Shown in pieces: positions 14,545 through 26,615 of a stretch of DNA of 64,000 nucleotides. Position 1 is the stretch's first letter, and the number at the start of each line of letters is the position of its first letter. The position numbers were made by a program, and so were the translations under genes. Location of the stretch: the NCBI RefSeq assembly GCF_001194135.2, contig NC_068988.1, forward strand, positions 25,488,920 to 25,552,919. The letters run 5' to 3'. This stretch comes from Octopus bimaculoides. Taxonomy: Eukaryota. Under the pieces are notes generated by a model that was not told the origin of the DNA, ran no database searches, and saw nothing but the letters and a program-made list of their open reading frames with translations.

Positions 14545-14744
14545 GAAACGCAGGTATAAATCTATTCTGTGGCTCATTCAAAGCAATGAACAACCAAGGT
14601 CACTATCAATGAAGCCAATCATCCAGAAGGTCGTGTCCGGAAGCCATGTGCGTAGGCATGTGTGTAGGCATGTGCGTAGGCATGTGCGTAGGCATGTGCG
14701 TGTACATTGGTCGATATACATATACATGCATGCATACAAACATA
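14545..14744 (+). repeat. Copy 2 of the same repeat, in inverted orientation
   Basis: aggtataaatctattctgtggctcattcaaagcaatgaacaaccaaggtcactatcaatgaagccaatcatccagaaggtcgtgtccggaagcc followed by 4 full units plus 1 partial of catgtgcgtagg. Confidence 0.95.
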
Positions 14745-14802
14745 CTTAAATGTGTGCGTATATGTATGCATATATACATATAGAAATATACATACATATA
14801 CA

Positions 14803-14844
<42 letters not shown>

Positions 14845-14951
14845 TACATATATATACATATAAATGTATATATATATATGTGTGTATGTATGTATAAATA
14901 AATATATATACATATATATGTATATATAAATATCTATATACATACACATAC

Positions 14952-14988
<37 letters not shown>

Positions 14989-15045
14989 TNNNNNNNNNNN
15001 NNNNNNNNNNNNNNNNATACACACACATATATACATATATAGTTT

Positions 15046-15077
<32 letters not shown>

Positions 15078-17747
15078 TGTATACACACGCACATGCATAC
15101 GCACACACACATATCTATGTATATAAACCATTTCATATATGCGTATTGAACACTATTTACATATATGCAATATATTTTCCCTTCCTGTGAATTATATTAA
15201 CGGATTGTATTTGCTTCCATATGGAATATGACCCATCATAACATCTTCCTATTTGTAGATATATGATTTCGCAGTCACTTTTTCTACGCTTCGTATTCTT
15301 GATGCATTTGACGTTGTTCATATTATTTGGCTTTTTGCCGTTCTCTTATTTTTTTTTCCAAATGTTATATTTGTCCTTCTATAAAGAACATCAATAAATT
15401 ACCAATGGAGGATTGTTACTTTTAATCAAAATGTGTTGTTCATGTAAACATAGGGAATGAAATATTAGCAACGAGTAGTTCAGAAGATAATTCCGTTCCA
15501 ATATTTAATTATGTAGAAATGAGAAATATAAACGGGAATAAAGAAAGAAAGTGTAACAAGAGATGCCAAAATTAATGATTTCACTGCAATTTTGGTGTAA
15601 AAATGCCTCTACGTTTGCGTATATTTATTTTGCATTTGTGTTGTTATATGTTTTACTGAGCATATATGTGTTAGTTTAAGTGTTTACGTAGTTACTCAGT
15701 GAAAATGGTGTGATGAAATATCATCAAGAATGTAACTTTTCTTGTCTTTTGATTCTTGTTTTCTTTATATTTATGAGATTTCTTAGACATCAAATTGTAT
15801 GAAAAATTACACAACGCTTTTTTTGGCACAAGTGAAAAAATTCTGGCACAATCGATACAGTTATAAATGGTCTTGTTCTTCTTATCCACAATGGCTTATT
15901 CAATATATGATCAATGGTCCTTCAGCTAATTCACAAATATTATTATCTTTTCGTTTTTGTTGCATCTGCTGTTGTTTATCATGTGACAAGAATCTAGTTT
16001 TATGTTATCCAGGGAATATCATTTTATACAAAAGCAACTAGTTTGTTGAGGGAGATTTGACTGCTATTGCTAGCAGATCAAGTGGTTCTGTAAGGAACCT
16101 CTATATCGGCTCACAATGAAAATGTATTTTTAGGAGATATTTACAAATATAGCTATCGCATAAATAGCAGTATTTGTTTGTGGCAATCAGTGTTTGGTAT
16201 GAATATTACGCATGTTTGTTTTTACATGGCTTACTAATAACGAACGGATTGCACTGAAATCAAACAAAAAGAAAACAATAATCCACTTAAATACAATATA
16301 ATCTAACTCTACGTGGTACATTTGAATAAAATGAAAGTTTATTATGAAATATGATGTTATAGATGATACTCTACAAATCATAAATTTGGCTCTATAACTG
16401 TCTGCATTTTCTAACACATAAAATCTCCAAGTTGAAAGTTAGTACCAAAGAGATGATCCTTTCATGAAACTACTTGTTGAGTAGAAATTTGAAACGGAAA
16501 TTAAGGAATAAGGAAGATACATAGAATACCCATATTAAATTTTTGCTTCATTATTACAAAGTTCTTAAAATATCTAGTCAGTAGTAATCACCTATAACAC
16601 AATCTTATCCTTTCATGAATCGTCAGCATTGAGATATTTTACTGTAAATGTTCGTTAACATTGTTCTCGCAATACCTTAAAATGAACACGCATGTAAGCG
16701 CGTGTGTGTATCTGTGCATGCTTATGTGAATATCACCGTGTGTTTGTGTGTGTGGGTCTGCACGCTTCAGTATGTATGCAGTTTTTTGTGCTTCACTTGA
16801 ATGAGTCCATTTTGAATATACACAGGAATTGTTCCCTAAATTACTTGAGTATTGTTCTTTTTATTGGTTGTAAAATATTTCCCTAGATTTTATTTCTGTG
16901 TAATACCTAAATGTAGATTAATATTCTTGCAAGAAATATTGTTCATATGTCACTAATATACAAGAGTTTCTGGTGGGATGCAGTATTATCTTATAGTACA
17001 TGGTGGAATAAATTCTCGGATATACATTTTCAGCTGGCAGGGTTAAATATAAGGGAAATTAGTTTGCTATCTCTAGCAGGTCAGCAAATCGCATAGAAAC
17101 AGCGCTGTTTTTTAGCAGATTCTGTAGAATTGATAAAAAGGTTACTACAACCTTTCTTTGAAAAAAAGCTCCAGATCATAAGATAGAGCAACCCCCATTG
17201 AAAGCTTTCGTCGATAAATTAAGTTACCGATACACTTATGAGAATGTCATTTGAGAATTGTACATATTTCTGAGTTTTCTCTTACTTATACATTAAGAAC
17301 GAAATGCCATTTTAAATACAAAGGTTCTATTTACTTTACAAATATTCTTGTTAACTATACTCTTATTTGATTAAGGTGACATATGTAATATCAGTCTAAA
17401 TAATAATTAAAATCTCTTTGCAGTTATGTAACTACAAACAAAGACCTAAATTTGAGGATACTGTGAGAAACAATGAATATAGAAGGGTAGGAAAATATAT
17501 TTATATATAATAGTTTACATTCATTGCATAAAATGCTACAGTGAATGCTGAAATACTTTGGTACTAATATAAAATATCGCAAGGACTAGATTACATGTGT
17601 TAACAAATTTAATATATAAGGATAAATTATGCACTATAGCCTGATGTCATGCAAACCATATTTGTTCCATTGCCGTGAAGGGAAAACGCATTCTACATGC
17701 ACGTGTATATAAGCACATCAACCTATTCCCATAACCGATATAGGTTG

Positions 17748-17781
<34 letters not shown>

Positions 17782-18445
17782 NNNNNNNNNNNNNNNNNNN
17801 NNNNNNNNNNNNNNNNNNNNNNNNNNNNNNNNNNNNNNNNNNNNNNNNNNNNNNNNNNNNNNNNNNNNNNNNNNNNNNNNNNNNNNNNNNNNNNNNNNNN
17901 NNNNNNNNNNNNNNNNNNNNNNNNNNNNNNNNNNNNNNNNNNNNNNNNNNNNNNNNNNNNNNNNNNNNNNNNNNNNNNNNNNNNNNNNNNNNNNNNNNNN
18001 NNNNNNNNNNNNNNNNNNNNNNNNNNNNNNNNNNNNNNNNNNNNNNNNNNNNNNNNNNNNNNNNNNNNNNNNNNNNNNNNNNNNNNNNNNNNNNNNNNNN
18101 NNNNNNNNNNNNNNNNNNNNNNNNNNNNNNNNNNNNNNNNNNNNNNNNNNNNNNNNNNNNNNNNNNNNNNNNNNNNNNNNNNNNNNNNNNNNNNNNNNNN
18201 NNNNNNNNNNNNNNNNNNNNNNNNNNNNNNNNNNNNNNNNNNNNNNNNNNNNNNNNNNNNNNNNNNNNNNNNNNNNNNNNNNNNNNNNNNNNNNNNNNNN
18301 NNNNNNNNNNNNNNNNNNNNNNNNNNNNNNNNNNNNNNNNNTGTATACAAACACATACATACATTCATATATGAGTGTGTGTATGTGCAAATGTATATAG
18401 TAAAATACTTATGTATACATGTATGTAGAATCTGTACAATTTATG

Positions 18446-18446
18446 A

Positions 18447-18509
<63 letters not shown>

Positions 18510-18522
18510 CAGCAGCAGCAGT
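18446..18522. repeat. (AGT)n/(AGC)n microsatellite
   Basis: Directly visible. Confidence 0.95.
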
Positions 18523-18827
18523 TAAAACAGTAGTAACATTAAGCATAATCAATGTAGTGAAACAGTTATACATATTATCGTTCAATAAGCGATAGATGAA
18601 AAATAATTTCATAAGAATTATTATAGACTTTACAAGTTAACCATTGAACTGAACCAGTTTTCTTTCAATAAGTTAAGCTCCTAAAAAAAGACAACAATTC
18701 CAGAACATTTCATAATATTACATCAAATACATACATAATAATTACGATGTCAGAACGGTAGGGTGTAATCACAACATATGAGGTCGCAATTAAGTGGATA
18801 GATCTGCTTTTAATAATAATCAAAATT

Positions 18828-18833
18828 ATAATA

Positions 18834-18900
<67 letters not shown>

Positions 18901-18911
18901 TAATAATAATG
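18828..18911. repeat. (AAT)n microsatellite
   Basis: Directly visible. Confidence 0.95.
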
Positions 18912-21335
18912 CCTTTAAAATTACATAAAATATAAATAATAATCGTTAATTATTTTAATTTCAGCTTCATATTTGCACACTGCTTGCGCACGTATATTTT
19001 CTACTTTTATTGTTAATTTTTGTACTAGAATTACAAACATGGCAACTACTTTTGTTTGTCGCAAGTTGTTTATTTATCTGCACTGGAACGTATAAATATG
19101 GAACTATTTTATGGAAGTCTTAAAACAGATGTTAATGATTTACATTTCAAAATATTTTCTTGTTTTCTTGATAACGTTTTGACTAAGAAAGAAATAGCAA
19201 AATGTTTTATATTTATTATTGTTTTAATTAATGCACTATTTTCAGAGTCAACGCCCCTATAGGGAGTAGAAATAAGAGAGACAATTTTTACATCATGACA
19301 AACTCATTTTCAAATCGTTCAAGTCTCTGTTGAATTACATATAGCAAGTATGTTCGTTTTGCACAGTTCCTATTACCAATTCTAGCTCAGATTGTTACCT
19401 AATTGACACTGCCAAGACTTAGAGCTGCTGTGTGAACATTCAGTACATCGATTATACTACTCATGGTATGGTGTGACGTCATCTGAAGCAATTGTTAGTT
19501 TAATCATTCTAAAAGGCATAATTTAAGAAGCAATATATTATGACATTAAATTCAGCTAATTAACTTCAAATATCATTAATGCATGTTTTTCGTGGATCAT
19601 AATGTTTGTAATTCACTCCCTATTTATTTATCCAGTTTCTATTCGTGAGCGCCACGAGGAATTGCTATTAATGTAAAGTAACTGTATAGTTGGCCAATAT
19701 AATAAATGTCATTCAATCATTAATGCTTTTCGTGTTTAGCCTTGAGCCAGAAGTTCGCAGCTCAATTAGGCCGAGTTTTCAAAGATATAAAAAACATCGA
19801 CTAAAAACCAGCTCATTATTTCAGATGACGTGCGACTTGGTTGCTTTCTATTCTAAATTGATTTTTTAGAATAGGTGTATAATATGCTTTGAAATGTCAT
19901 TATGCATTCTTTAAAAATTATTTAAGGTTATTTCCTGAGCAGTGGTGATGAACTCCATACATGCAGGCAGCATAGTCGGACATTATTCAATCGCCATAGA
20001 TTTTATGCAATTATGCACTATAGTATTTATATCGTTATCATAATTTTTTCTACTATGTCTTCAGTTATTATTCCCCTTTTTACTATTATACTGTTATATT
20101 AATGTTCCATGTTGTGGGAATTCGTCGATGCATCGAATTGCCTGTGTTCCTTCACCGTACATGATCATATTGATATATGCATTTGTTTGTATTACATCTG
20201 AGACGGCAAGGTTTGCGTTTTTATGTTGCTATTTTAACGTTGAGATTCACAATCGGGAAATACCTTTATTTTGACATAAACCTATTTGTTTTTAATATTT
20301 AATTATTTCCTTAATTGTTAAAAGTAAAACTCACAACCTCAAAATACCCAAAATTATAAAACTTACTATTTTTTACCTTTAAAATTTCTTATTCCAACGT
20401 AGACATATTTATTATGTTTATATTTTTGACTGTGTTTATTGGTCAACATCCTATTGACCAGTATTCTATACCGGTTTTAGTATTGTTGTTTTTTTTTACT
20501 CCTCTTTATCCTAATTTACACGTGGAAGGTCTATCTTCGTGATTTATGTTCTAAATTGTATAATTTGAGGTCCTTTTTTGTTTCGTTACATATTCTGTCG
20601 TTACATATTTTCATATGGCCTCTATCCATTTCTGCCTCTTTTTTTTTCTATATGTAACTCTAAAAATGTATTTTCCTTATTTAGATGATGCCTTAAGGTC
20701 CAAAGTTTTGCTTAGACACGGGCTGTTAATTTTCTAAATTACATCGCAGTTTATTATCGAAATTGCTCTATTTGGAGTAGAATGTACAGAAATACACTCT
20801 TCTAAGCTGGAAACATGTTCTTTACATATCTAATTTCAACTCTTCTCTTTTGTTTATGTCCTCTTTTTTTTTACAATTCTATCATTTTCGGAAGTTACCG
20901 TTTTATTTGATTCTACTGACATAGATGTTACGCACGCTCCACTTCCTGCACTTCTTAAATCTACTCCCCAAATAAGCATTCGCGAGTTAACCTCGACTTA
21001 ATAAAACGATGTTTGTATACTTAACTTTTTTTATAATGTCTTCATTAAACAGAGCACGATTGTTTACTTCACTGACATTACATGAATGACCACTATTAAA
21101 GTTTATAGTAGACTAAGTATAGGAGGTAATTTTCAATAAATTTTACAAGATTTTTGTATGTAATTATCATTTAACATTTTCATTATTTTCTGATTTGTGG
21201 TTTCTAAATATTTTTATTGGATACTTTTAGGAGCAGACATGCTCAGTTCTCTATTGTTAATCATAGTTGGTGTATTCATTATTATTTTAATCATTCCAAT
21301 AGTAATGATAATAACAAGTATTATTATTATTATTG

Positions 21336-21373
<38 letters not shown>

Positions 21374-21419
21374 TTCATATGCACTCAACAAAATAGACTT
21401 TTAAGAAATAAAAAATCCT

Positions 21420-21652
21420 AACATCGGGCCACAAGTAACCTTAGATTCCAAGAATCCTCCTAAGTATCCTAGCTGTCCCTAATAACACTGTTTTCTGGAG
21501 CTGTACTAAATTGGCTTTTATGCCCATTTACTCTATCCAATTGTTCAGATCTTTAGAGATAGTTCCCAATGCACCTATAACTAGTGGGATACATTGTACC
21601 CGAACTTTCCATAGTCTCTGTAACTCAATAACTGGGTCCTGATACTTCGCTA
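21420..21652 (-). mobile_element. 5'-truncated R4/Dong-type (RLE) non-LTR retrotransposon 3' end
   Basis: The minus strand translates IAKYQDPVIELQRLWKVRVQCIPLVIGALGTISKDLNNWIE*MGIKANLVQLQKTVLLGTARILRRILGI*. This matches the KY..L..E..RLW / VIGALG / LQK..LLGTA.ILR C-terminus of R4/Dong ORFs, with one in-frame stop. Confidence 0.85.
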
Positions 21653-21668
21653 TTTATTATTATTATTA

Positions 21669-21732
<64 letters not shown>

Positions 21733-21772
21733 CATTATTATTATCATTTTCATTATCGTTATTACTATTATT
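21653..21772. repeat. (ATT)n microsatellite abutting the Dong fragment; a second (ATT)n tract lies at ~21318-21375
   Basis: Directly visible on both sides of the element. Confidence 0.95.
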
Positions 21773-22041
21773 AATCGCAGAATAGTGATGGGGTGGGCTT
21801 GGTTATGCACTAATCACCATATGAAAGCAAACAGCACTAAGATCAACAATATTGAATAAGAATAAATGAACAATAGGAACAATAAAACGTGTAAATAGCA
21901 ATGATAGGAAGGGGGCAAACAATACCAATTGCATAATAATATAAAACATTGCAGGGTTGGATAGGATTTTAATCGACAAAGCCAGCAGTGCTTGTGTTTA
22001 GTGCAAATTGCAGAGTCAATTGAATGAAAAAATATCCTCAC

Positions 22042-22242
22042 CGGTGCGATCTACCGTGTTGAGAACGCATTTTGGTTCTTCTCCACTCCAGGAAAGATCT
22101 CCTTGGCATACTCTCATGAAGACGCCAACTAGATTGTATGAGTCCACACAGGAATACTTGGCTACTGCACCGAATTGGTTGAAAGGAAAGATAACTACTT
22201 TGCCATTGGAAATTTTGGTGTTTATAGCTTTGCATCTGATAT
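22042..22242 (-). CDS. lev-9: Coding exon, Sushi/CCP domain (first CCP of the lev-9/Hasp-like protein)
   Basis: Acceptor ctttttcttttccatttcag| and donor ACC G|gtgagg. It is 201 nt, phase 1-1, and encodes xIRCKAINTKISNGKVVIFPFNQFGAVAKYSCVDSYNLVGVFMRVCQGDLSWSGEEPKCVLNTVDRT, with four CCP cysteines, NG, FG-x-x-A-x-Y-x-C and RVCQGD-x-x-WSG-x-x-P-x-C. It splices in frame to the WAP exon (...CVNK-N-IRC...). Confidence 0.9.
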
Positions 22243-23244
22243 CTGAAATGGAAAAGAAAAAGTAGTTTAAATTTATACTAATAATCTATATAAATGAAAT
22301 ATTAACAGCACAATATAATGGAAAGAACTCTATAGTTTATCATAATAAAGACTATATTGCTTTTAGAGAGCTACGTTCCTTTTGATATGCTAGGTTGTAT
22401 ATCTTTACAGTGATACTGCAGGGAATATCTCTTCAATTTTATATGAAATGGAATCTAAAACTGTAGTTTCGTATATATTTGCTCTTCTGGCGTAGAATCA
22501 ACCTGTTAATAGATCTTGTTCGATTCTGGAGTTGTGTACTATCTCAAGAAAGAAAGTATTTTTACGGCCTATAAGCAGTTATACAAAATAAATAACAAAA
22601 TTCTAACTTTTCATCTCTGAGTAACCATTAAGAATCATACAGAGATATGTGCGTTGTAATGACTGCATCTAAAGAATATTACTGCGTGTTTTTCTGTATG
22701 TATATTAGTAATAGATTTATCAAAGAAGAAAATTGATGTTTTTTTGTACATATATATTTACAAACAAATAACTAACACACATAAAAAGCAACAAAATGGA
22801 AAAAATCAAGTAACTAACATATTTACTCCAAGAATATATTTGATGTGAGCTCCAATCACTGTATAATCGGATTTTTAGAGGATGCTTCATTAAGTTACCC
22901 ACAGGCGAATAGATTATTAAATGTTGATATGAGATACAACTTTTATGTAATACAGTATTTCATATGTATATACAATGTCACTCTCACCAAAACTTCATCT
23001 CTCCTTCTAAAACAGTGTCTATTACGAATATGTAGGGTTTTTGTTTTTTGTTACATTGAAATACTATAATCTCGATTGGATAAGACACTTGGCCGCTTCA
23101 GTTAAATATGATGAGTTGTTACCAAAATATATTAAAAATAATATACTGTTGTCATTTCATATAATTCTCAAATTATTCTGAGATATATGTTTAAGTTAGT
23201 TTTTTAAATATATCCGACAGACATAAGGGCAGAAATTTGGAAGA

Positions 23245-23385
23245 ATCCGTATCACAGCGGCCAAAAGGTTTAGCGTCATTTTGTCTGTCATTGCGTTCAG
23301 AGTTCAACCTCTGCCCAGGTTGGCTTAACAATTTATTCTTTCGGAGACTGTGAAAAAAGTATCACTTGAGCACTTGGAATGACCT
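23245..23385 (+). mobile_element. Degraded SINE family B copy
   Basis: ggtttagcgtcattttgtctgtcattgcgttcagagttcaacctctgcccaggttggc aligns by eye to the 7979 copy. Confidence 0.6.
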
Positions 23386-24134
23386 AAGCGACCTAACATC
23401 TTCCTCGAAATAGGTGGCCTCGCGCCAGAATTTCAAATTTGAAACCAATATATTTCACACACATATAAATAAACACAAGCACACGCATATATATAGATCG
23501 NNNNNNNNNNNNNNNNNNNNNNNNNNNNNNNNNNNNNNNNNNNNNNNNNNNNNNNNNNNNNNNNNNNNNNNNNNNNNNNNNNNNNNNNNNNNNNNNNNNN
23601 NNNNNNNNNNNNNNNNNNNNNNNNNNNNNNNNNNNNNNNNNNNNNNNNNNNNNNNNNNNNNNNNNNNNNNNNNNNNNNNNNNNNNNNNNNNNNNNNNNNN
23701 NNNNNNNNNNNNNNNNNNNNNNNNNNNNNNNNNNNNNNNNNNNNNNNNNNNNNNNNNNNNNNNNNNNNNNNNNNNNNNNNNNNNNNNNNNNNNNNNNNNN
23801 NNNNNNNNNNNNNNNNNNNNNNNNNNNNNNNNNNNNNNNNNNNNNNNNNNNNNNNNNNNNNNNNNNNNNNNNNNNNNNNNNNNNNNNNNNNNNNNNNNNN
23901 NNNNNNNNNNNNNNNNNNNNNNNNNNNNNNNNNNNNNNNNNNNNNNNNNNNNNNNNNNNNNNNNNNNNNNNNNNNNNNNNNNNNNNNNNNNNNNNNNNNN
24001 NNNNNNNNNNNNNNNNNNNNNNNNNNNNNNNNNNNNNNNNNNNNNNNNNNNNNNNNNNNNNNNNNNNNNNNNNNNNNNNNNNNNNNNNNNNNNNNNNNNN
24101 NNNNNNNNNNNNNNNNNNNNNNNNNNNNNNNNNN

Positions 24135-24189
<55 letters not shown>

Positions 24190-24538
24190 CTTATGTATAC
24201 ATTCGTCACTAAAGTCAACAAGGGCTCTAGTCAGCACTAGTATTACTAGAAATAAGAATGAAAACTAGTCAATAGGCACGAAAATACTGACTTTAACCTT
24301 AGACGTCGTCAAAGCTACTGATAAGCGTTGGGATGCGTTGAGCATGAAAAGATGAAACCATGGGTGATCCGGCTCTACCTGCGACCGTAGCTCATTAACA
24401 TAATTACTTTCTAGCTATTGAGTTGTTTTGACGCTTATTTCTTAGAACGCTGGTGCTTGCTGATTAATGCTCTTGTTCACTTCAGTGACGTATATAGTTC
24501 TGTCTTTAGGTTGAAAAATTGGGAATTAGCCTACCATA

Positions 24539-24593
<55 letters not shown>

Positions 24594-25974
24594 TGTATGC
24601 ATGTATGTATATATGTGTGCATGTATATATGTATGTATGTATACATATATAAATAATATATCACAATGTAGCTTGTAAACGTCGATATTTTCACTATAGT
24701 GATGTTTTTGGGGGAGGGTGGGGCTGGTATTATATAAATTTTTTTTAATAGTAATTCTATTTAATACATCAAATTTTAGTTTGTGCGATGAAGTGTTTTC
24801 CTTTATTTTATATAATTTAATGCATTGATGCTTCGTCACTTGTCAGTAGTAGGGGAGATTTTTCTGTGCAGAAAATTTAATAAAAGCCATTAAAACTCCA
24901 CGTCCACACTATTCTAAATGCAAATTATATTTTCTGCAAATTAGTTTTCGCTTTTGATGATGCGCACTTCCAACAAACGTCATTTTGCTTTTATTATATT
25001 AGCAAATTAATGAATAATATCTGTTATTGAAATGTACTAATTTGTAGTTTAAAGCATTTGTATCAACAATATTGACTTATGTTTTCACGGTATGGAGGCA
25101 TCTAGTATTGAGAGATTAGTAGTAATTGAATATTGATATTTATGGAAGGTAAACAAGAATGAAAACTACCGGGTATTCCCGCGCGCAAGTAGTTTGTGAG
25201 TACGCTGAAGCAAAATTTTGAAATGTTAATGTTTAATTTGTGAATACAGTGAAGTGCTAATGGTTCAGCGACTTGAAACACATGCATAGAGGTGTGTGAG
25301 AGAATACACGACAATATATGCGCGTCTACGCCCACACACACACATAGATGCATGAAAAATAATAAGTAGTTCATGAGGCATACACCAGCATGCAAAATAC
25401 AATCGTACTTACAATTAAATGATAATAAAAATATGGATATACATGTGTAGAATTTATTGATTAAAGATGCCAGCAGTTCTGAAGCATTTCGTTCGTGAGG
25501 AATTTCCTTGACTGTAATAACTAATTTCCCGTCAGAGCTTCTCATGCAAAAATCCCCTAAAGTACTCTAAATTTAAAACATCCTGTTCTCTTCCAATCAA
25601 ATCAGCAGTTTGCCTGTGCATTATTGTAAGTTGTCAGCAATTTCTATGCGATAATCAGGCGGTAATGTTCTCATATTTACTAACTTCTTTATTATTATTT
25701 TGTAGGCTAAGAACTTATGTTCTAGGGAAAAGATGCTCAAAGGAATTCAAGGTTAACAAAACATCTGAAGATGGTTAAGCGTAAGTATATTGTATGGAAG
25801 ACTTGTATGGATCTGCTCACTTTTAAATAAACACTTCAAAGTGAAGAAAGCGTTTCGGTCGCAAGAAATTTCTAACAATATTCACAGCACTTAAGTTTGC
25901 TTTCGTTATTTTCTCTTCTGGCATGTGTCTCTGCCGAAATATGTATGTTAATGTCAATATTATTGTTTAATTCT

Positions 25975-26372
25975 TTTTTCTTTTACTTCTTTCAGTCATT
26001 CGACTGTGGCCATGCTAGAATAGCATCTTAAAGAGATTGTAGTCGAAGAAATCGTCCCCGGTACCTATTCTTTGTAAGCGTATTCCTTACTCTATAGGTC
26101 TCTTTTTGCCTAACCACCATGTTACGTATGGGTACTATACACACTAACATTCTTGTCGAGCGATGGCGAACACGGACACAGAGAAATATACACACGCATA
26201 CACACATATACGGTTTTCTTTGGGTTTCCGTCTACGAAATCCACTCATAAGGCTTTGGTCGACCCGAGGCTATAGTTGAAGACAATTGCCCAAGGTTCCA
26301 TGCAGGGGAACTGAACGCAGATCCATGTGACTGAGAAGCAAGCTTCTTCCTACACAGCCATACGTGCATTTA
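25975..26372 (-). mobile_element. SINE family A, near full-length
   Basis: cagtcattcgactgtggccatgct...gtttccgtctacgaaatccactcataaggctttggtcgacccgaggctatagttgaagacaattgcccaaggttccatgcaggggaactgaac...aagcttcttcctacacagcca. The reverse complement includes a CCTTGGGCAA CORE-like motif. Confidence 0.9.
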
Positions 26373-26393
26373 TAATGTAATGGAAAGAGCTCA

Positions 26394-26615
26394 GGGGCCG
26401 AGATGGCAGGATTGTAAGCACGCCGGGCGAAATGTTTATCGTGATTTCGTCCGTCTTCACGTTCTGAGTTCAAACTTCACCGGGGTCGACTTTGCTTTTA
26501 TCCTTTCGGGTGTCGATAAAAAAAAGTACAAGTTGAGTACTGGGGTCCATGTAATGGACAAGCTCCCTCCCCAGAATTCAATGGCCTTCTGCCAAAATTT
26601 GAAATAATATAATAT
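26394..26615 (+). mobile_element. SINE family B, full-length
   Basis: atggcaggattgtaagcacgccgggcgaaatg...gagttcaaacttcaccggggtcgactttgc...ggccttctgccaaaatttgaaat. Confidence 0.9.

Noticed and set aside
21197-21421. Hydrophobic 74-aa ORF resembling a transmembrane peptide
   Set aside because: It consists mostly of the (ATT)n tract flanking the Dong fragment.
22008-22265. 85-aa plus-strand ORF, and an ILTGAIYR 'LINE endonuclease-like' reading
   Set aside because: These are antisense shadows of the minus-strand CCP exon, which explains the region far better.
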